From: Catajapyx aquilonaris
Taxonomy: Eukaryota
Length of the DNA: 64,000 nucleotides
Assembly: GCA_000934665.2 (NCBI GenBank)
Contig: KZ538076.1
Span: 1 to 64,000, forward strand
Direction: 5' to 3'
Below the pieces are notes generated by a model that was not told the origin of the DNA, made no database searches, and saw nothing but the letters and a program-made list of their open reading frames with translations. The translations under genes were made by a program, and so were the position numbers. Shown here piece by piece: positions 25,339 through 38,700 of the stretch; within the stretch, counting starts at the first letter, position 1, and the number at the start of each line of letters is the position of its first letter.

Positions 25339-26537
25339 CTCTAATACGAATATGTATTACAGTCCTTTAAAATAGAGCATTTCTTACAGTATGAAACTAG
25401 CTCAGGTGCTGCTTCCTATATAGTTAGCCCATATAAGAAATTCAAAAATTAGTATTCCCGCTATACTTTAAACCCATAATATATCAGGGTTAAATACGGG
25501 CTAACATCAGAATGTGCTTCTAGGCGGCATAAATTCTGCTCTGGTAATTGCCGAGGATAATGAAATACTGGCACGTAGCTTCTGGCACGAGAGAGGTGAC
25601 GTTAGCTAGTGTTGAACGTCCCATTTCCCTTTAACCACCATTACACATCGTTAGAACAGGCTCGTATAAGGACTCTGTGCCGATGCCGGTTTTGACAAGT
25701 GATACCAGTATTACCCTAACGCCAAACAGCATGTGCTATGCTGGTTCAGTGACTCCATTTTGACCTATCTTCCTCTATCGAACACTTCACCCGCGACTGC
25801 CCCGAAGAAATCCAACCCATAAAAAGAAAAGTCCACCCTTGTGATCGAACCCGGAACCTTTCTATACGTGGGTGTTACCACTGCCCTGCTTCCTTCTCCC
25901 GTAATAATTAACAATATTGATCCCGTCCTGATAATACCTAATGCCCCTCTAGGACATGGGATAAATTAATGTCTTTATTGGGTAATTACGGTGTGCAGAA
26001 GGAGCCTAGAAAGTCGCGTGCAATAGGCACCTACGTCGTTTCCTTACGAAAATTCGAAGACTTCAGGTCCCAATCATCCCCTTTCCCGCTCGGCAATTGA
26101 TTAATTGTGATTGATGTGGTTAGATCCATATCTTGCCATGACTGTTTCCAATGTTGTCTATCATATTATAAAGTTAGGCTTATACACCTACATGCATCCG
26201 TGAATGTCATAGTATTTTGATGAAAATATCACTACGGTTCTTTTGGCAGAGGCTATACTCAACTGGGTCCTTCCACTCTCCATATTTATATATACATGAT
26301 CCCACTTGACAAAATGTTGACCTTAGAGCCACCAGCCTTCAATATCCATGCCTAGTTTGCTTAGGGGGTACTACATCAGAAGCTATAACCCTTGCATCCT
26401 ACGTCTTATTTCTGTCTTGGCCTCAGCGGGCTTGAGTTCTGAAGGAGAAAATCACGGGCCGTTCTGGGAAGATTCATCAAAAAAATAATAAAAAAAGTCC
26501 AGAGTGCAAAAAATGGAAAGGAAGTGACAGCTTCTCT

Positions 26538-26596
26538 CCCCGTAGCTCAGTGGTAGAGCCATTCATGGGTCCCGGGTTCGATTCCCGGCGGGGAAC
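26538..26596 (+). pseudogene. Truncated tRNA-like sequence (SINE head or tRNA pseudogene)
   Basis: Acceptor stem TCCCCGT/GCGGGGA, A box TAGCTCAGTGG and B box GGTTCGATTCC are present; the anticodon arm is deleted. Confidence 0.6.
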
Positions 26597-26672
26597 CATC
26601 CTGGTTCACTTCTAAGATTTTTTGCTTACGCGCTCCTGTGTCATAGCATTGAAAACGGCTACTTATGCCATA

Positions 26673-27047
26673 TCTTCTATATAAATAAAGCCGTTTGTGA
26701 GTCTGTCTTCTCTGTCCGTCTGTCCGCCTGCCAACCGTCATTTGCCTGCCATCTGTGGTCCGGGTGGGAAGGACGGGAGGGGTTGCAGCTGAGGTGGGAT
26801 TAGAGTACATCCAGATTGTGAGCAGGTGGGGGAAGGGAGCGCCGGAGAGATGCTATTGTTCTCCGGCGGCTTAATGAGGAGCAGATGAACAAGGTGGCAC
26901 GTGCAAAAGTCGACTTTTTGCCAAGTCCAAAACGGCTGGGAAAACTCTCATGGCGGCTCTCTGTGCGTGAAAATTTTTACGGGGCTACTGGCAGGTGTTT
27001 TCCCTTCATTCATTTTCTTCCCGGGCAACGCCGGGTGCCGCAACTAG
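26673..27047 (+). mobile_element. Non-autonomous Helitron, copy 1
   Basis: A|TCTTCTATATAAA 5' end, subterminal hairpin CCCGGGCAACGCCGGG, CTAG|T 3' end, no TSD. Second copy at 32089. Confidence 0.85.
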
Positions 27048-27772
27048 TTTACAATAATATTACAGGATTGACAAGATTATTCAGAAGCATGGCATGCATA
27101 CTCCAAGTTAGCCAAAAGGTCATAGAAATAAATGTCAACGAGACCATGCAACAGTATGTTATTAATATACCACTGACCCCTATTGCTTTTTCTTAGCCTC
27201 TTCTTAAAAATTGAGGTGTAAAAGTACCGATACATCATTTGCTTGAGATGATATTAAGTACTCTCATTATTAGAGCGGTACGCTTATGAAGCAGCGCAAA
27301 AGGTAAATTGGGTTCTCGACTGTGCAAGACCCGAATTGCGTATTTCCTATAACCGTATACCTCATTAAAGGTCCGGATGAAACGAGCACATTTCTTATGA
27401 AGTGACAATATTATGCGCAGGAATTTGGATAGCCTAATACGCCTCATCGCGATACCATTAGAATCGTATAAGCGTGAGTGGAGTTGGTAATTAGGCGAGA
27501 TGACGACGAGGCGACGGGAAAGTGTGTTTATAAACCTAACGGAATTATTTTATTCGACGCTATTTGGGAGAGATGCGAAATGTTCCTGTGGCAGACCCTT
27601 CCTCACCTCTCTTGGGAAGTTGATTAGATGATGATGATATCTTTTTCGGATGGATGCTTTGGAGACTGCTACACCGGCAGGGGTGGATAGAGGGGGCAAC
27701 TTCTGCGTCGTAGACATCAGATAATATTTGTGATGAAAAACAACTGCATTCAAAATATTCGTAGTTCCAAAA

Positions 27773-28034
27773 ACCAGTGGTATGGTGATTAAGGCGTCCG
27801 ACTGCTAATCGGGAGGTCCTGGGTTCGAATCCCGGGGCCGGAGATCCTGACAGTGGTTTTCTGTGGTTTTCCATGGTCCCCCCAGGACAATTCCGGGATC
27901 GTTTCCGCATAATGGGCCACAGCCGCTTCCTTCCTTCCCTATCCTTGGCCCCATCCAATGGTGGTATTCCACCCCCCTAATGGAGCGCTGATTCTCCCAA
28001 TGGGGTAAAATAAATAATAAATAAATAAATAAAA
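27773..28034 (+). mobile_element. tRNA-derived SINE family A, copy 4 with (TAAA)n tail
   Basis: B box GGTTCGAATCC, same body and tail as copy 3, ends in aaataaataataaataaataaataaaa. Confidence 0.87.
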
Positions 28035-28644
28035 TTATGGTTTAATCTGACCTTCTTTCCTTGCGCTATTTAATCAGTTCCCGCCTTGAACCAATGAATT
28101 CTACTTTTCAAAAACATGAAAATATTGGTTACTGCCATTTCCAGCAATATCTCGGCCATAACTACTGAACGACTCGGTCTTCAGGCTTGATCATACAACG
28201 GCATGCTTTACACATAGGCGTACCGGTACGCTAACTGCTAACAAATATCCTGAAGCTACGGGAATATTAACGAGAAGCCAAAACTGAGTTGGTAGATGTA
28301 AATACACCCAAGGGACTGTCCACCCACTGACCTTGCCATTCACAATTCATAAACAATAATTATTTTAATGAACGTATAAATATTGTAGAACCACATTTTG
28401 GCCATAATAATATTTATTCCGGCTTCAGGCTTGTTGCTCTTATACACTACAGTTATAATGGTAATGTTGAAGAGTGCATATTAAAAATGTGTGTACAGTA
28501 TATATCCTTTCCCATTTAGATTTCGGTTGAATTTCTTACAAATTATTTTAGCTGATTTAGGGATTTCGCTTGGAAGGACTTTCATAATGGGAGACCGAAT
28601 GTGGCAGCTGCACTAACCTATCCCATGATAGGTTCTTCCCGACG

Positions 28645-28833
28645 CACAGTGTTTGATATCAGAAAAACCACCATCGAAAATATAGCTCCTCAACTAAACC
28701 TTCAAATTAACCAAATATTGGAAATCAGCGCAGCGACCCCGAAAACATGGGGAGACATGTTTTTTAGTGATTAAACGGTTTAGTTGAGGAGTTATCATTT
28801 TCGATCGAGATTTTTCTGATATCAAACACTGTG
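28645..28833. mobile_element. Transib-like MITE with CACAGTG termini
   Basis: TIR CACAGTGTTTGATATCAGAAAAA, flanks CGACG / CGGCG (5 bp, CGNCG-type TSD, one mismatch). Confidence 0.8.
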
Positions 28834-29058
28834 CGGCGGCCTATCCTTTAGCTTAGCAGATACACGCCTAGGAGAGTAGTTGCCGCTTTCGGCTTCATTT
28901 GCGGAGATAGTCACATGATATTTTCACATGCTACCCTGGCTGTAGGGTAGTACTTAGAGGTCGCCTATCCTGAGCGTCAGGCAACCCATTAAACAGCTGG
29001 GAGTGGGGGTAAAACCAAAATTGGGGTACTATTATTTCTTTAATTGAGCCAAAAATAA

Positions 29059-29365
29059 TTTTTGCACAACAGAAGGTGTTGCAAAAGGTGTGCATTTCTC
29101 TCAGACTCCGGTTACGTGCGAATTCTAATATGAAATTGATATACTTGATATAAAAGTAATTTTTAGATTAAATAATTGGCGTATTATTATTTCAGAAATG
29201 GAGCTAAAAATTATTTTTGGCTCCATTAAAGAAATAATAGTACGCCAATTATTTAATCTAGAAATTACTTTTATATCAAGTATATCAATTTCATATTAGA
29301 ATTCGCACGTAACCGACGTCTGAGAGAAATGCACACCTTTTGCAACACCCTCTGTTGTGCAAAAA
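29059..29365. mobile_element. AT-rich foldback element (~150-bp arms)
   Basis: Near-perfect palindrome tttttgcacaacaga...tctgttgtgcaaaaa. Confidence 0.75.
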
Positions 29366-30423
29366 GGGTTTGCACACTAATGAGCGGGTGTCAAATCCAG
29401 GACACAAAAAATGACCTACAAAATGTGACACAATAGTTATCATTGCAATGGCGAGGTCGCGAGGAAGACTTACCAACAGAATTCAATATCTATAGTAGTT
29501 ATATTTCTAGGCTCAATGATACAAAATAATAAGAGGTATAAAGTGGGCTAAAGATGGGTTCCAAAAATCGAAGATTAACCGTCAATTGCTCCATTTTAGG
29601 GTTAATTCATATAAATAAAAGGAATTATGTGGTCTTGGAAATTAATAAAGCTCAGATGGTAACAATATTAGTCTAATATTATTAGCCACATTTATTAATT
29701 TTTGCCTTTGACACCCATTGTGATGAATCCTTTTTAAAACTGAAGTCCCTTTAGTCTTATGTAAAAGCTTTATCACATCGATTAAGATGGTTTTTAAAGG
29801 CGTGTTTTAACTAGTACCCTGTAGGTCTCGTTAATACCTCATGCAAACGGGTATCTGCGAGCAGGCGACATTATATTATGGCATTCGTGATTTTCACTAA
29901 TTACCTTCAAGGAACAGGAAGGTTATGACTCACTCCTAGCACCGAATAGCAACGCATGCTTGTGCTGTTTCCAGACCTACTATAGCAGTGCTCTTTGACG
30001 ACCCGTAATAAGCTTACGCGTATGCCTTTCCTTTTATATCCTGAGATTACAGTTGCATTAACTTTATTTACGGAACTGGACCAGTGTGGCAGTACGGATT
30101 CATGCTAACGAGTAAAGAGATGAGCAATAACTTTATCTGGCCATCATGGAGGCATTCCACTAATGCACAAGGTGCTTAAAAATAACTGTAACTTTTAGGA
30201 ATAAGCGGAATAAAAATTGAAGTGCATCATAGCCATTACGCGGTATCCAGTAGTGCCCAATGTGAGAGGTGTAACATATGCGGACTTCAAAAGAGGCCTC
30301 TTATGCTTGTTCTGACAGTCCTGAAAATGTTACATACCGGTATCGACTTATAATATTTAGCCAAAAACATTACCCTGCATGTGAAGGATGCACTGTATGA
30401 AATGAATTCAATATTGTAAAATT

Positions 30424-30616
30424 GAGGATTAGTTTTGAAATCGCATGTCCATTATGTACTGCATTTTGGATGTAGCAAAAACATGTCCGAGAGTTTCCAA
30501 TACTATTGTATCTATAGATGCAATAGTATTGGAAACTCTATAGAAACTCTAGGACATGTTTTTGCTACATCCAAAATGCAGTACATAATGGACATGCGAT
30601 TTCAAAACTAATCCTC
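30424..30616. mobile_element. Sola-like foldback MITE
   Basis: AATT|GAGGATTAG...CTAATCCTC|AATT, essentially a perfect palindrome. GAG termini and a 4-bp AWWT TSD fit Sola. Confidence 0.7.
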
Positions 30617-30629
30617 AATTTTAGTCATA

Positions 30630-30689
30630 CAGTTAACCCTTTGTGCTCTTGGTTCCCTATACGAAACCAAGAGTACAAAGGGTAAACTG
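30630..30689. repeat. Short hairpin, piggyBac-like ends
   Basis: cagTTAACCCTttgtgctcttggtt...aaccaagagtacaaAGGGTAAActg. Confidence 0.45.
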
Positions 30690-32088
30690 ACTAGATAATT
30701 ATTATAGCCTGATGTAAGTAACTTGTGATACCCCTACATTTCAAAATTACAGTGATTTTATTAAGTAACTCAATTTTAGCCGTGGTCTGAAGCTTATCGT
30801 TTTATAGCTGTCATTTTCAAGTGTTGTATGCGAATGTGATGGCATAAACGGGCGTTCATACACTTTTGATTAAAATAATGATTATCTTGGGAAGATAAAG
30901 CGGAAAAAGCTTTGTTCTGCATGCATTTCTCACTGGGATAAAATGCGCAAAACCTGTTCAGGTATAACACTTTTATCAAGGACTGCGATAACGACAAGTA
31001 CGTAACCCGTCGCGTCGCTTAGCCTTAAATGCTTAAAAAGGTTGGCTGGGCCACAAGCCCTGCATGGCATGATGGTCAGGACGATGTTTCACGCGAACAG
31101 AGCAAGTCTGTTGAAATAAATAACACTGCAAACATACGGAATGCGAGACAAAAATTTTCCTCCCAGTTATTTTTTACGGTACTGGCAGAGATGTGCATGA
31201 TAGCGTGAGACTGTTGACTCTTCTCCTTCAGATCCCTGGTGCTGGGAAAACACATCAGCACCACGTAGTTCTATTATTATATTACACTAAGGAAACGTCA
31301 CACGCGCTGCCACGAAAAACCACCTTCTGGTCCGCATGATACTGTATAGGACTGTATGCTCAGGTGCTATTCGCGAATACGCTCCAACAAGTACGACACT
31401 TGTTTCGTGTCCATATACTGATTAGAACTTTGTTGGACGACTTTTAGTGTAATAAAGCTACTGTCAATTCCATTATCTCGTAATTGGTTGGCCATGAAAC
31501 GGGTGACCCTGTGACATTGAAAGTGTATAGGTTTAACACTGCATTGCTGTCAAATTCTAAAAAGTTTGTTCATTAGCACTATAATAAATTTACCAATTTG
31601 TTTCAAAATATGACAAATGCAAGACAATACAGTGTCGTGTTTGGTAAGAATTACTGTAATATTTAACGATACGAGCGACAATATATTTCTTCGCGATGTG
31701 TCCTATAGGGGATTTCGCGATACGACTTATTGTGCTGACCGTTGAGAGCGTACTGATACTTCATGTTGAAGCTCGTTGGGGATCTTTGGGAATTGTACTG
31801 GCTGCCTCTCTCAACTGGTGGCCATGCATCTGATTACCCTCCAGTCACACCTGTCTCTAGAGCACCCCCGCCCCTCCGTATCCCTAGATCCACCTCTCCT
31901 CCCCTACTCCAACATTCCGAATGCATTCTCTCACACATTCGGTGTAAACCACATCAAAGGCATGTTTATTCTCTCACTCACTCTCCTAGCTCTCTATTAT
32001 TCATTCACATTTGGACTATCTAATGTACGTAATATCCACGCAAGTATTGTTTTGCTTACACAATGTCGACACGGGTCATTCCATGTCA

Positions 32089-32397
32089 TCTTCTATATAA
32101 ATGAAGCCGTTTGTGAGTCTGTCTGTCTGTCTGTCCGCCTGCCAACTGTCATTTGCCTGCCATCTGTGCTCCACCCCCAGGCCGGGTGAGGATGGAGGTG
32201 TTGGGGGTTGACTACAGATGGCAGGCAAATGACGGTTGCCGTTATACAGGCGGGAGAGGTTGAAGGTGATTGGAGTAGCAGGACCACAGATGGGATTGGT
32301 GGGCGGACACACAGAAAGACAGACAGTTGACGGGGGTACTGGCAGGTGTTTTCCCTTCATTCATTTCTTCCCGGGCAACGCCAGGTGTCGCAGCTAG
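32089..32397 (+). mobile_element. Non-autonomous Helitron, copy 2
   Basis: Same ~75-bp 5' end and ~60-bp 3' end as copy 1, A|TC...CTAG|T, but a different interior. Confidence 0.85.
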
Positions 32398-32539
32398 TAG
32401 GCTATATTAGCAACCCCTATCGTTTATGTTTTTTTCGTACCTCTGACCTCTCACTTGAAGCAAACAATATGTCGATCAAATAATATTTAGAGTCACGTGC
32501 TACCATATTTTTCTACCAGCTATATGACTGTCGACAACT

Positions 32540-32770
32540 TCCGCCACCAAGTTCGGTATCTTGGTCACTCGCTAGGTTCTTGCCTGACAGAAATTTTTGG
32601 AGATGGTGAAACATGTGAAGATTATTCGATCCAAGGTCTTGACCATATAGTTCTGGCCGTTTTTGAGGATGCTCACAGGCGTTCCACTTGAACTGTTGCA
32701 TGTTGGAGAAGGACGCACGAGAGTGCCTGACTGCATTTGGCAGTCCTTGCACGGGTATTACTCAAAATTT
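32540..32770 (-). mobile_element. Degenerate mariner transposase fragment (C-terminal catalytic region)
   Basis: QQFKWNACEHP..LYGQDLGSNNLHMFHHLQKFLSGKNLASD resembles the mariner consensus F.WE.L.HPPYSPDLAPSDYHLF..L..FL.GK.F.S. Confidence 0.72.
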
Positions 32771-35700
32771 TGAACAGTTCAAATGATGCTTCGACACATT
32801 CCTTCGCCATTTTGGGTACGTATAGACCGCTCGTCCGGGATAAATGCGACATCATAATCTTATTATACTGCAGTATTGTAGTGAGAACCAGGCTATACCT
32901 TGGTCGCGCATAGGAAAATACTTGGAATTTGAAAACATAAACGTCCGTGGTCCGTTGGCAGGGCAAATAAATAAGCGAAGGAGGATTCTTCATCAATCAT
33001 GTCCAACTCAATAATTGATAACACATTATAGTGTCGAAAACTTGATAGTAGGTTTCTTGAATGTGCCCGTGTATTATTAGACCTTATACAACATATCCAG
33101 ATTGTGGTTGAGTATACGGTACGTACACAGTGTTGTTTTCATGAAAGGGCTCGTGCATCGCTTCAATTTTGGCCCGACTGATATGGCAGCTCCGTGCTCT
33201 GATCAACATACTGTATTTGCGCGTGAGTCTAGAACTTGCAATCGGAAGTTCGCCAAAGAAGTCTTATCGGAGTCATTCTACCGTATACCCTTCAGGCACA
33301 AATATTCTAAGATGCTGATGAATATGCAGCATGGTCTAAGCAGGGGAAGACTTAACAAATAGCCAGAAAATTAAACATGACTATAATAACAATCACGTAA
33401 AAGGCTCCAAGATAGTGGACAGAAATATGTGCATATCCCACACACAATTAATATTTGGTCATTTCACAAGTCATAAAATTCCTACAATGTTTTTTTTTTT
33501 TTAAATAGGACTGACAGGTTCAAAGATTGTCTATTCGAACACAGCTTAAAACCCTATACGGCCTTAAAAATCTACATCTAACTTATATACCTAGAATTAC
33601 ACTTCTTGAAAGTCTTGGGCCAGCGCGTGCAGGGATAAAGAACTTTGAGCACGCACACACTCCAAACACGTGACTAAAGCTTAGGAGTGTTTCGGTGTTA
33701 TTAAGCTACGTATATTCTTACATGTCGGAGCATATCAACCGTCCAGGGCCATATTCTCGGAAATCGGAAGTAATTTTGCATTGACACTTAGAAAATAACC
33801 AGGAAAAAATGGGGGTAATTACATATTCGTAATATAAAAATTAGTATCACCTGGTAGTTCGAGATAGTGAAACTGGAATTGCCAACAATTAAAAACCTGT
33901 GTACGTATGTGCGCAATAACTTACGTCATTTACAACAGTTTAATTACATGGAAAAGTTTGTTCGGGCGGAAGCAGATTTGTCTCCTCAGTTTAAAAGATC
34001 CCATCTTGTATATACCATATGCAATAAAGAGTTGCAAATGAAGCTTGAAAAATTCCTTCAAAAGCCCTCTGGTGGGTGTTTTGACTTGAGCAAACTGCTT
34101 CAGGCTCCTGGGATTGGACAATGACAGGCAGGACAGGAACTTCTTTACTCTCGTTTAATCATTATGCGCAGCAGATGTAACTTATCAGCCTACGCAAAAA
34201 AAGCATCTGTCATTTCCATATTCCTAAAATAAAGCAGTCCTGCTTAATTAAAGTCTGTTGGGCCGCGATGACTATCGGTTGCGACCATAGAGCAATAAGC
34301 CACAAACTTATGAGGATAGCGGTTCAATAATGCCATTAAAGTATTCCACAAGGGAGCTAACGCAACTCCGCAGCCAGAGATTAGCGTGACACTCACATCG
34401 TAGATATATCTAGGGGTCAAAAACACGTCGACGAAGGTATAGTATAAACCTGGCTTCAAACAAAGATTGTCGACAAAACTCTGTGGCCGACCCGACCTCC
34501 AGAAAAATTACCAATAATGAGTCTCATGTTTTAAAAGTGGACTACACAAAGAACCAGGTCAAGTCCGGTAGCAGGTAACAGGAATCACGTGTCAAACCCC
34601 TTGTGATGAAGTACGTTCTCCGATTATCCACTTTGCAGGATGCGACCTGGCTCAAGACCTATCCACTGTTGCTAAGAGGTCATGACCCCGGGGTACAAAA
34701 AATTGCAACACTAAAAGTTGAGAACACTGCAAAAAGTCGAATCTAGATCAGTAGGCTAAGTACAGGCAGAAATTGCTTACGTGATCATACAGCTATGTCT
34801 GGGGGGTATATCTAAGTTATGTTTAAATTTAATTTTAATTTTGCATCTTCCAATCTACCGTGTCAAGGACGTGCTACAAGACATATCTATATCTAGATCT
34901 GTTGCGTCATTTCGTTAATTAGATATCTGCTAAAATTGGCACTTGATGGTTAGACTCAAACGAGTGGTATTTCCACAGGGAGCATAATATTAATCATTGC
35001 TCAACCAGTAAATACTCTCAAGGCTGGTCTCGACTGTCACAAAATGCATGATACAAGTGCACAAAAATTCCGCAGAAAATCTACTGTAACATTTTTTAAA
35101 TGTCCGCCCGGTAAACTAAATTGCACATTTACAGGTATAATCCTCAATTAGAACGAACTTTCACAATATCTGCGCTGCAAAATATTTTTTGTATCAAAAA
35201 ATATTGTGGCAGTGGAAACAGGCCTTTACACTGACAAACATTTGATGTAGTTTGTAGACTAATATATTATCTCAATGATGTCCACAATCCTTCCGACCCC
35301 TTCTGACGAACTTCTGCTTCCAATAGTATGGGCTGACTAGAGTTTTGCTATAGTATTAGCTTTAATGTCATATTTACAATGTAATGTCGCAATTTTCCAA
35401 AACATGATTATAATAAGTATAGTAAATTATCCCGCAGTATGTACCAGTTTGCTGAGATTCTTTTGCTGCACTGTATTGAAGAGTTGACACAAAAAGGTAA
35501 AACATCCACTTTAGTCACCTTCTCCGGAGAGACATAACTGTAAAAATGAGGGAATTACCATGGGAAAATATAGCAAAGGGGAATGGCACGCGGGAAAGCT
35601 TTGGCTTAGCTGTGGCTATCTGCTGGATTTGGAGTGAGCAAAAAGCATTAACATGAAAATAATTGTGGAAGTGTAACATTTTCGCAGTGCATCTTGAATA

Positions 35701-38700
35701 GACCATCGCATTAATATATGAGGAGAGGTAACGCATCTACTGTAATACATAGAAGGAATATAAAACAAAATGTGGGTGATATATAATATAACCACCATCC
35801 TTCCCCTTTGACCTCACTTACTTTTCGACTAACAAACGATTCTCCTTCTTTAGCCTAGAGCACTTGGTTGGGGCGAGATGCCTTTCATGAATAAAGCGCG
35901 ATTCTATGCAAGAAGAGAACTTTAGGAAGTTCCATGCAAACGCACGCATTATAACCATCGCATCATTAGGCCTACTACTGTTTCACCAAATGACGTGCCC
36001 TTTGGCATGAGTACCAACTGGAATACTATTTACATACACTAAAAGACGTTTCAATGTATTCGTTTCTTAAAATACTATTTTTCCTTTACACAAAATTCTG
36101 TAGGCTACCATTTGAGTTGATACAACCTGCCTTTAGTTCAACGTCTTATAGCTGATTATATGGCTCTAAGAAGATCAAGTTGGGTACTTCCGATCTTTCA
36201 CATATAAGTCTTAAAAATACACCGTATGCCATAGAAATAATTAACTTTTCGCACCCTATTGTCATGTAGAGCTTCTCATTTCTCGCAATGTTTTACTCTT
36301 ATCGAACAATATATTGAGGAGCGGCTTATTTTCCAAGAAGTAGCTCCCAATGCATAGACGCTAGTAAAAAATTGATGAGCTCACTTCAGCACAGGCTATC
36401 GGACTATACTAAGTCTAGGTTGGAACGAAATAAATCAAGACACATAGCTGCTTTCCCAAACAACCCCCTGCCACCTTCTGCCTCTACACAGCCAGACATC
36501 TGATCAATAGTTTTTCTTTATAGCCTACAATGTGTCACCACATGATGACTATGCCCCCTTCTGCATGCACCTTCACATTTCAATAAATCTTACATTATCT
36601 ATGTAGGCCTAATTAGGCATATGCTCGAATAATATATTATATGAACACCCCCGATGGCATCTTAAAGGTTCAAACTTAAGGGTTAGCAAACGTCAGAAGG
36701 TCTCTTGGATAAGTAGAGATATTCGGGAAGAAAATGGTGTGCTATTTCGGACTGGGGAAGCACACGCGAGCTAATCAGATTCTAATGAGCCCAATCTATC
36801 AGAGCCCGAGGGCCAGCCCGCAATATAGCCTGCTACAAGAGGAAGCGATCCCTATAAAAGAAAGGTTACAAGCCGTTGAGGTGGGGGTGAAAACAATATA
36901 ACAGAGTATGCGTCACGCACACCGGAGGCTTGTTACGTTGTCTATGGAGGCCGAAAAGCCTTCCAGAGTATAAAAATATCGGTAGGCAATACTGTAATTA
37001 CGGATGAATCGACTGAGTGGTTACCAATTATTTAAAGGCAGAGCCTCTGAAGGTTGCTTCTTTTTTGGCATTCCCAATGGAAATAATGCTGGTACAAAGA
37101 AGTGAGAGAAACGATCGTTACGCAAATGAATCATTTGCAAGCGTTAAGTTTACAAAGGGAAGCATACGCTCTGCCTCTCACAGTTCCCGTGGGTGCTATG
37201 TATACTGTATGTTAATCCTTTACCACACAGTTTTTTTACACTGAGGTAACTCAGCTGCTTACTGGCCGAGTAATGAATAATCTTGGTCATCATATCTGAC
37301 CATTACGGAGAGCTCGATTTGTTGGCGAATTTGCCTGTATTTTTCGTGCACACCTTTGAAGTGGCCATTGACCACAGTTGCTGCATTTTTAATCCTTAGT
37401 ACTCCCGTGGGTGCCGAATAGGCGTCCAAACTATTCATTGTGCTATGCAGAATTTTTTGTTTCAGAACCTAATTTCACTTTTGTTTTTTCAAACGGAGAA
37501 GTCATAATTTCAAAATTTCAAAATCACAAGAGTTATCATTTTTCTTAACATGGTTATTACACCGCTACGAGTGGGACACAAATGAGTTTATTTTCAAATG
37601 GGCCTAAGTCCACTTTTGGTCAATTTCAGGCTGGCCTCACTTTACTTGCAGGAGTTTCTTTTGTTTTAAAATGAGCGCAAATTTCCTAGTGTCATATCTA
37701 CGTGTTAAATGCTCATTATATTTTGATCACAATTTGTTGGATATAATATCTCAGCATGTTTCTGTAGTATTTACGGCCGTTTGAAAATTAACTATTCAAA
37801 TATGAAAACTCATTGGTGACATATCTACTGTAGGCTACTTAGTCCTATACTATAAGTCATAACTTTTTCACGCGGGTACATAATGGTTAATTCAAATACT
37901 CGCTCTCTTCAGGCCCTGATAAATTGCGTCCAACAGAGGCGTTCCAGCCATCTATAGTGCTAAATTTTTACTTTATCTACAATTGGTACAGTATTGTTCA
38001 AGCAGCTCTTCGGTATATCTTATAAATCGATAACTCTGAACCCTAAGGACCTACAATTTAGGTTACGGATCCCAGTCCCCTCATGTACGCACACACACAC
38101 ACATCGTCGGCAAATACTATAAAATAATTGTCATCTGAAAATTCAGGTGTCGTAATATTTGCTGAAGGTTACAATACAGCTCAATGATAACATCTTTCGA
38201 GTCGAAATGAAGTAGCTACATAAGAACATAGCACTTACTGTTAGGATGAGTGTGGATTTAGAGTGGCAGATAAGTGGAATAAAAACTAAAGTTGTTCGCG
38301 TTTGTACATTGTAGTTGACCAAATCATTCCATAAAGATAAGATCGCTTGACGGTCAGGTGATGGCCAACAAGCCATGACGTCGTTTTATCCCAGTCGTTT
38401 AGTTTTATAGTTGCACGAGTTTCCTCCCATATTTGCTATATTTAAGGACCGTTCAACGGCGTGATCGAATGTCATCACGAAGCGACTGAGAATAGCTGGA
38501 ACGGAAAATCGCCGAGGCGAAGTAACATAATTGAGCCTGTAGCCCTAGGCATATCGTCATAGCCGTATTATGAAGACTTGATATGCACAACTATCAATCG
38601 TATTAAAATGAATTCGAGATATAATCTATTGAATAATAGTATCGGTGAAAATGTGGCGGACGCTCCTATATCATTGATATTCTGAGCCCCACACACCCTA

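Noticed and set aside
26538..26596. Functional tRNA gene
   Set aside because: The anticodon arm is missing; kept only as a pseudo-tRNA or SINE head.
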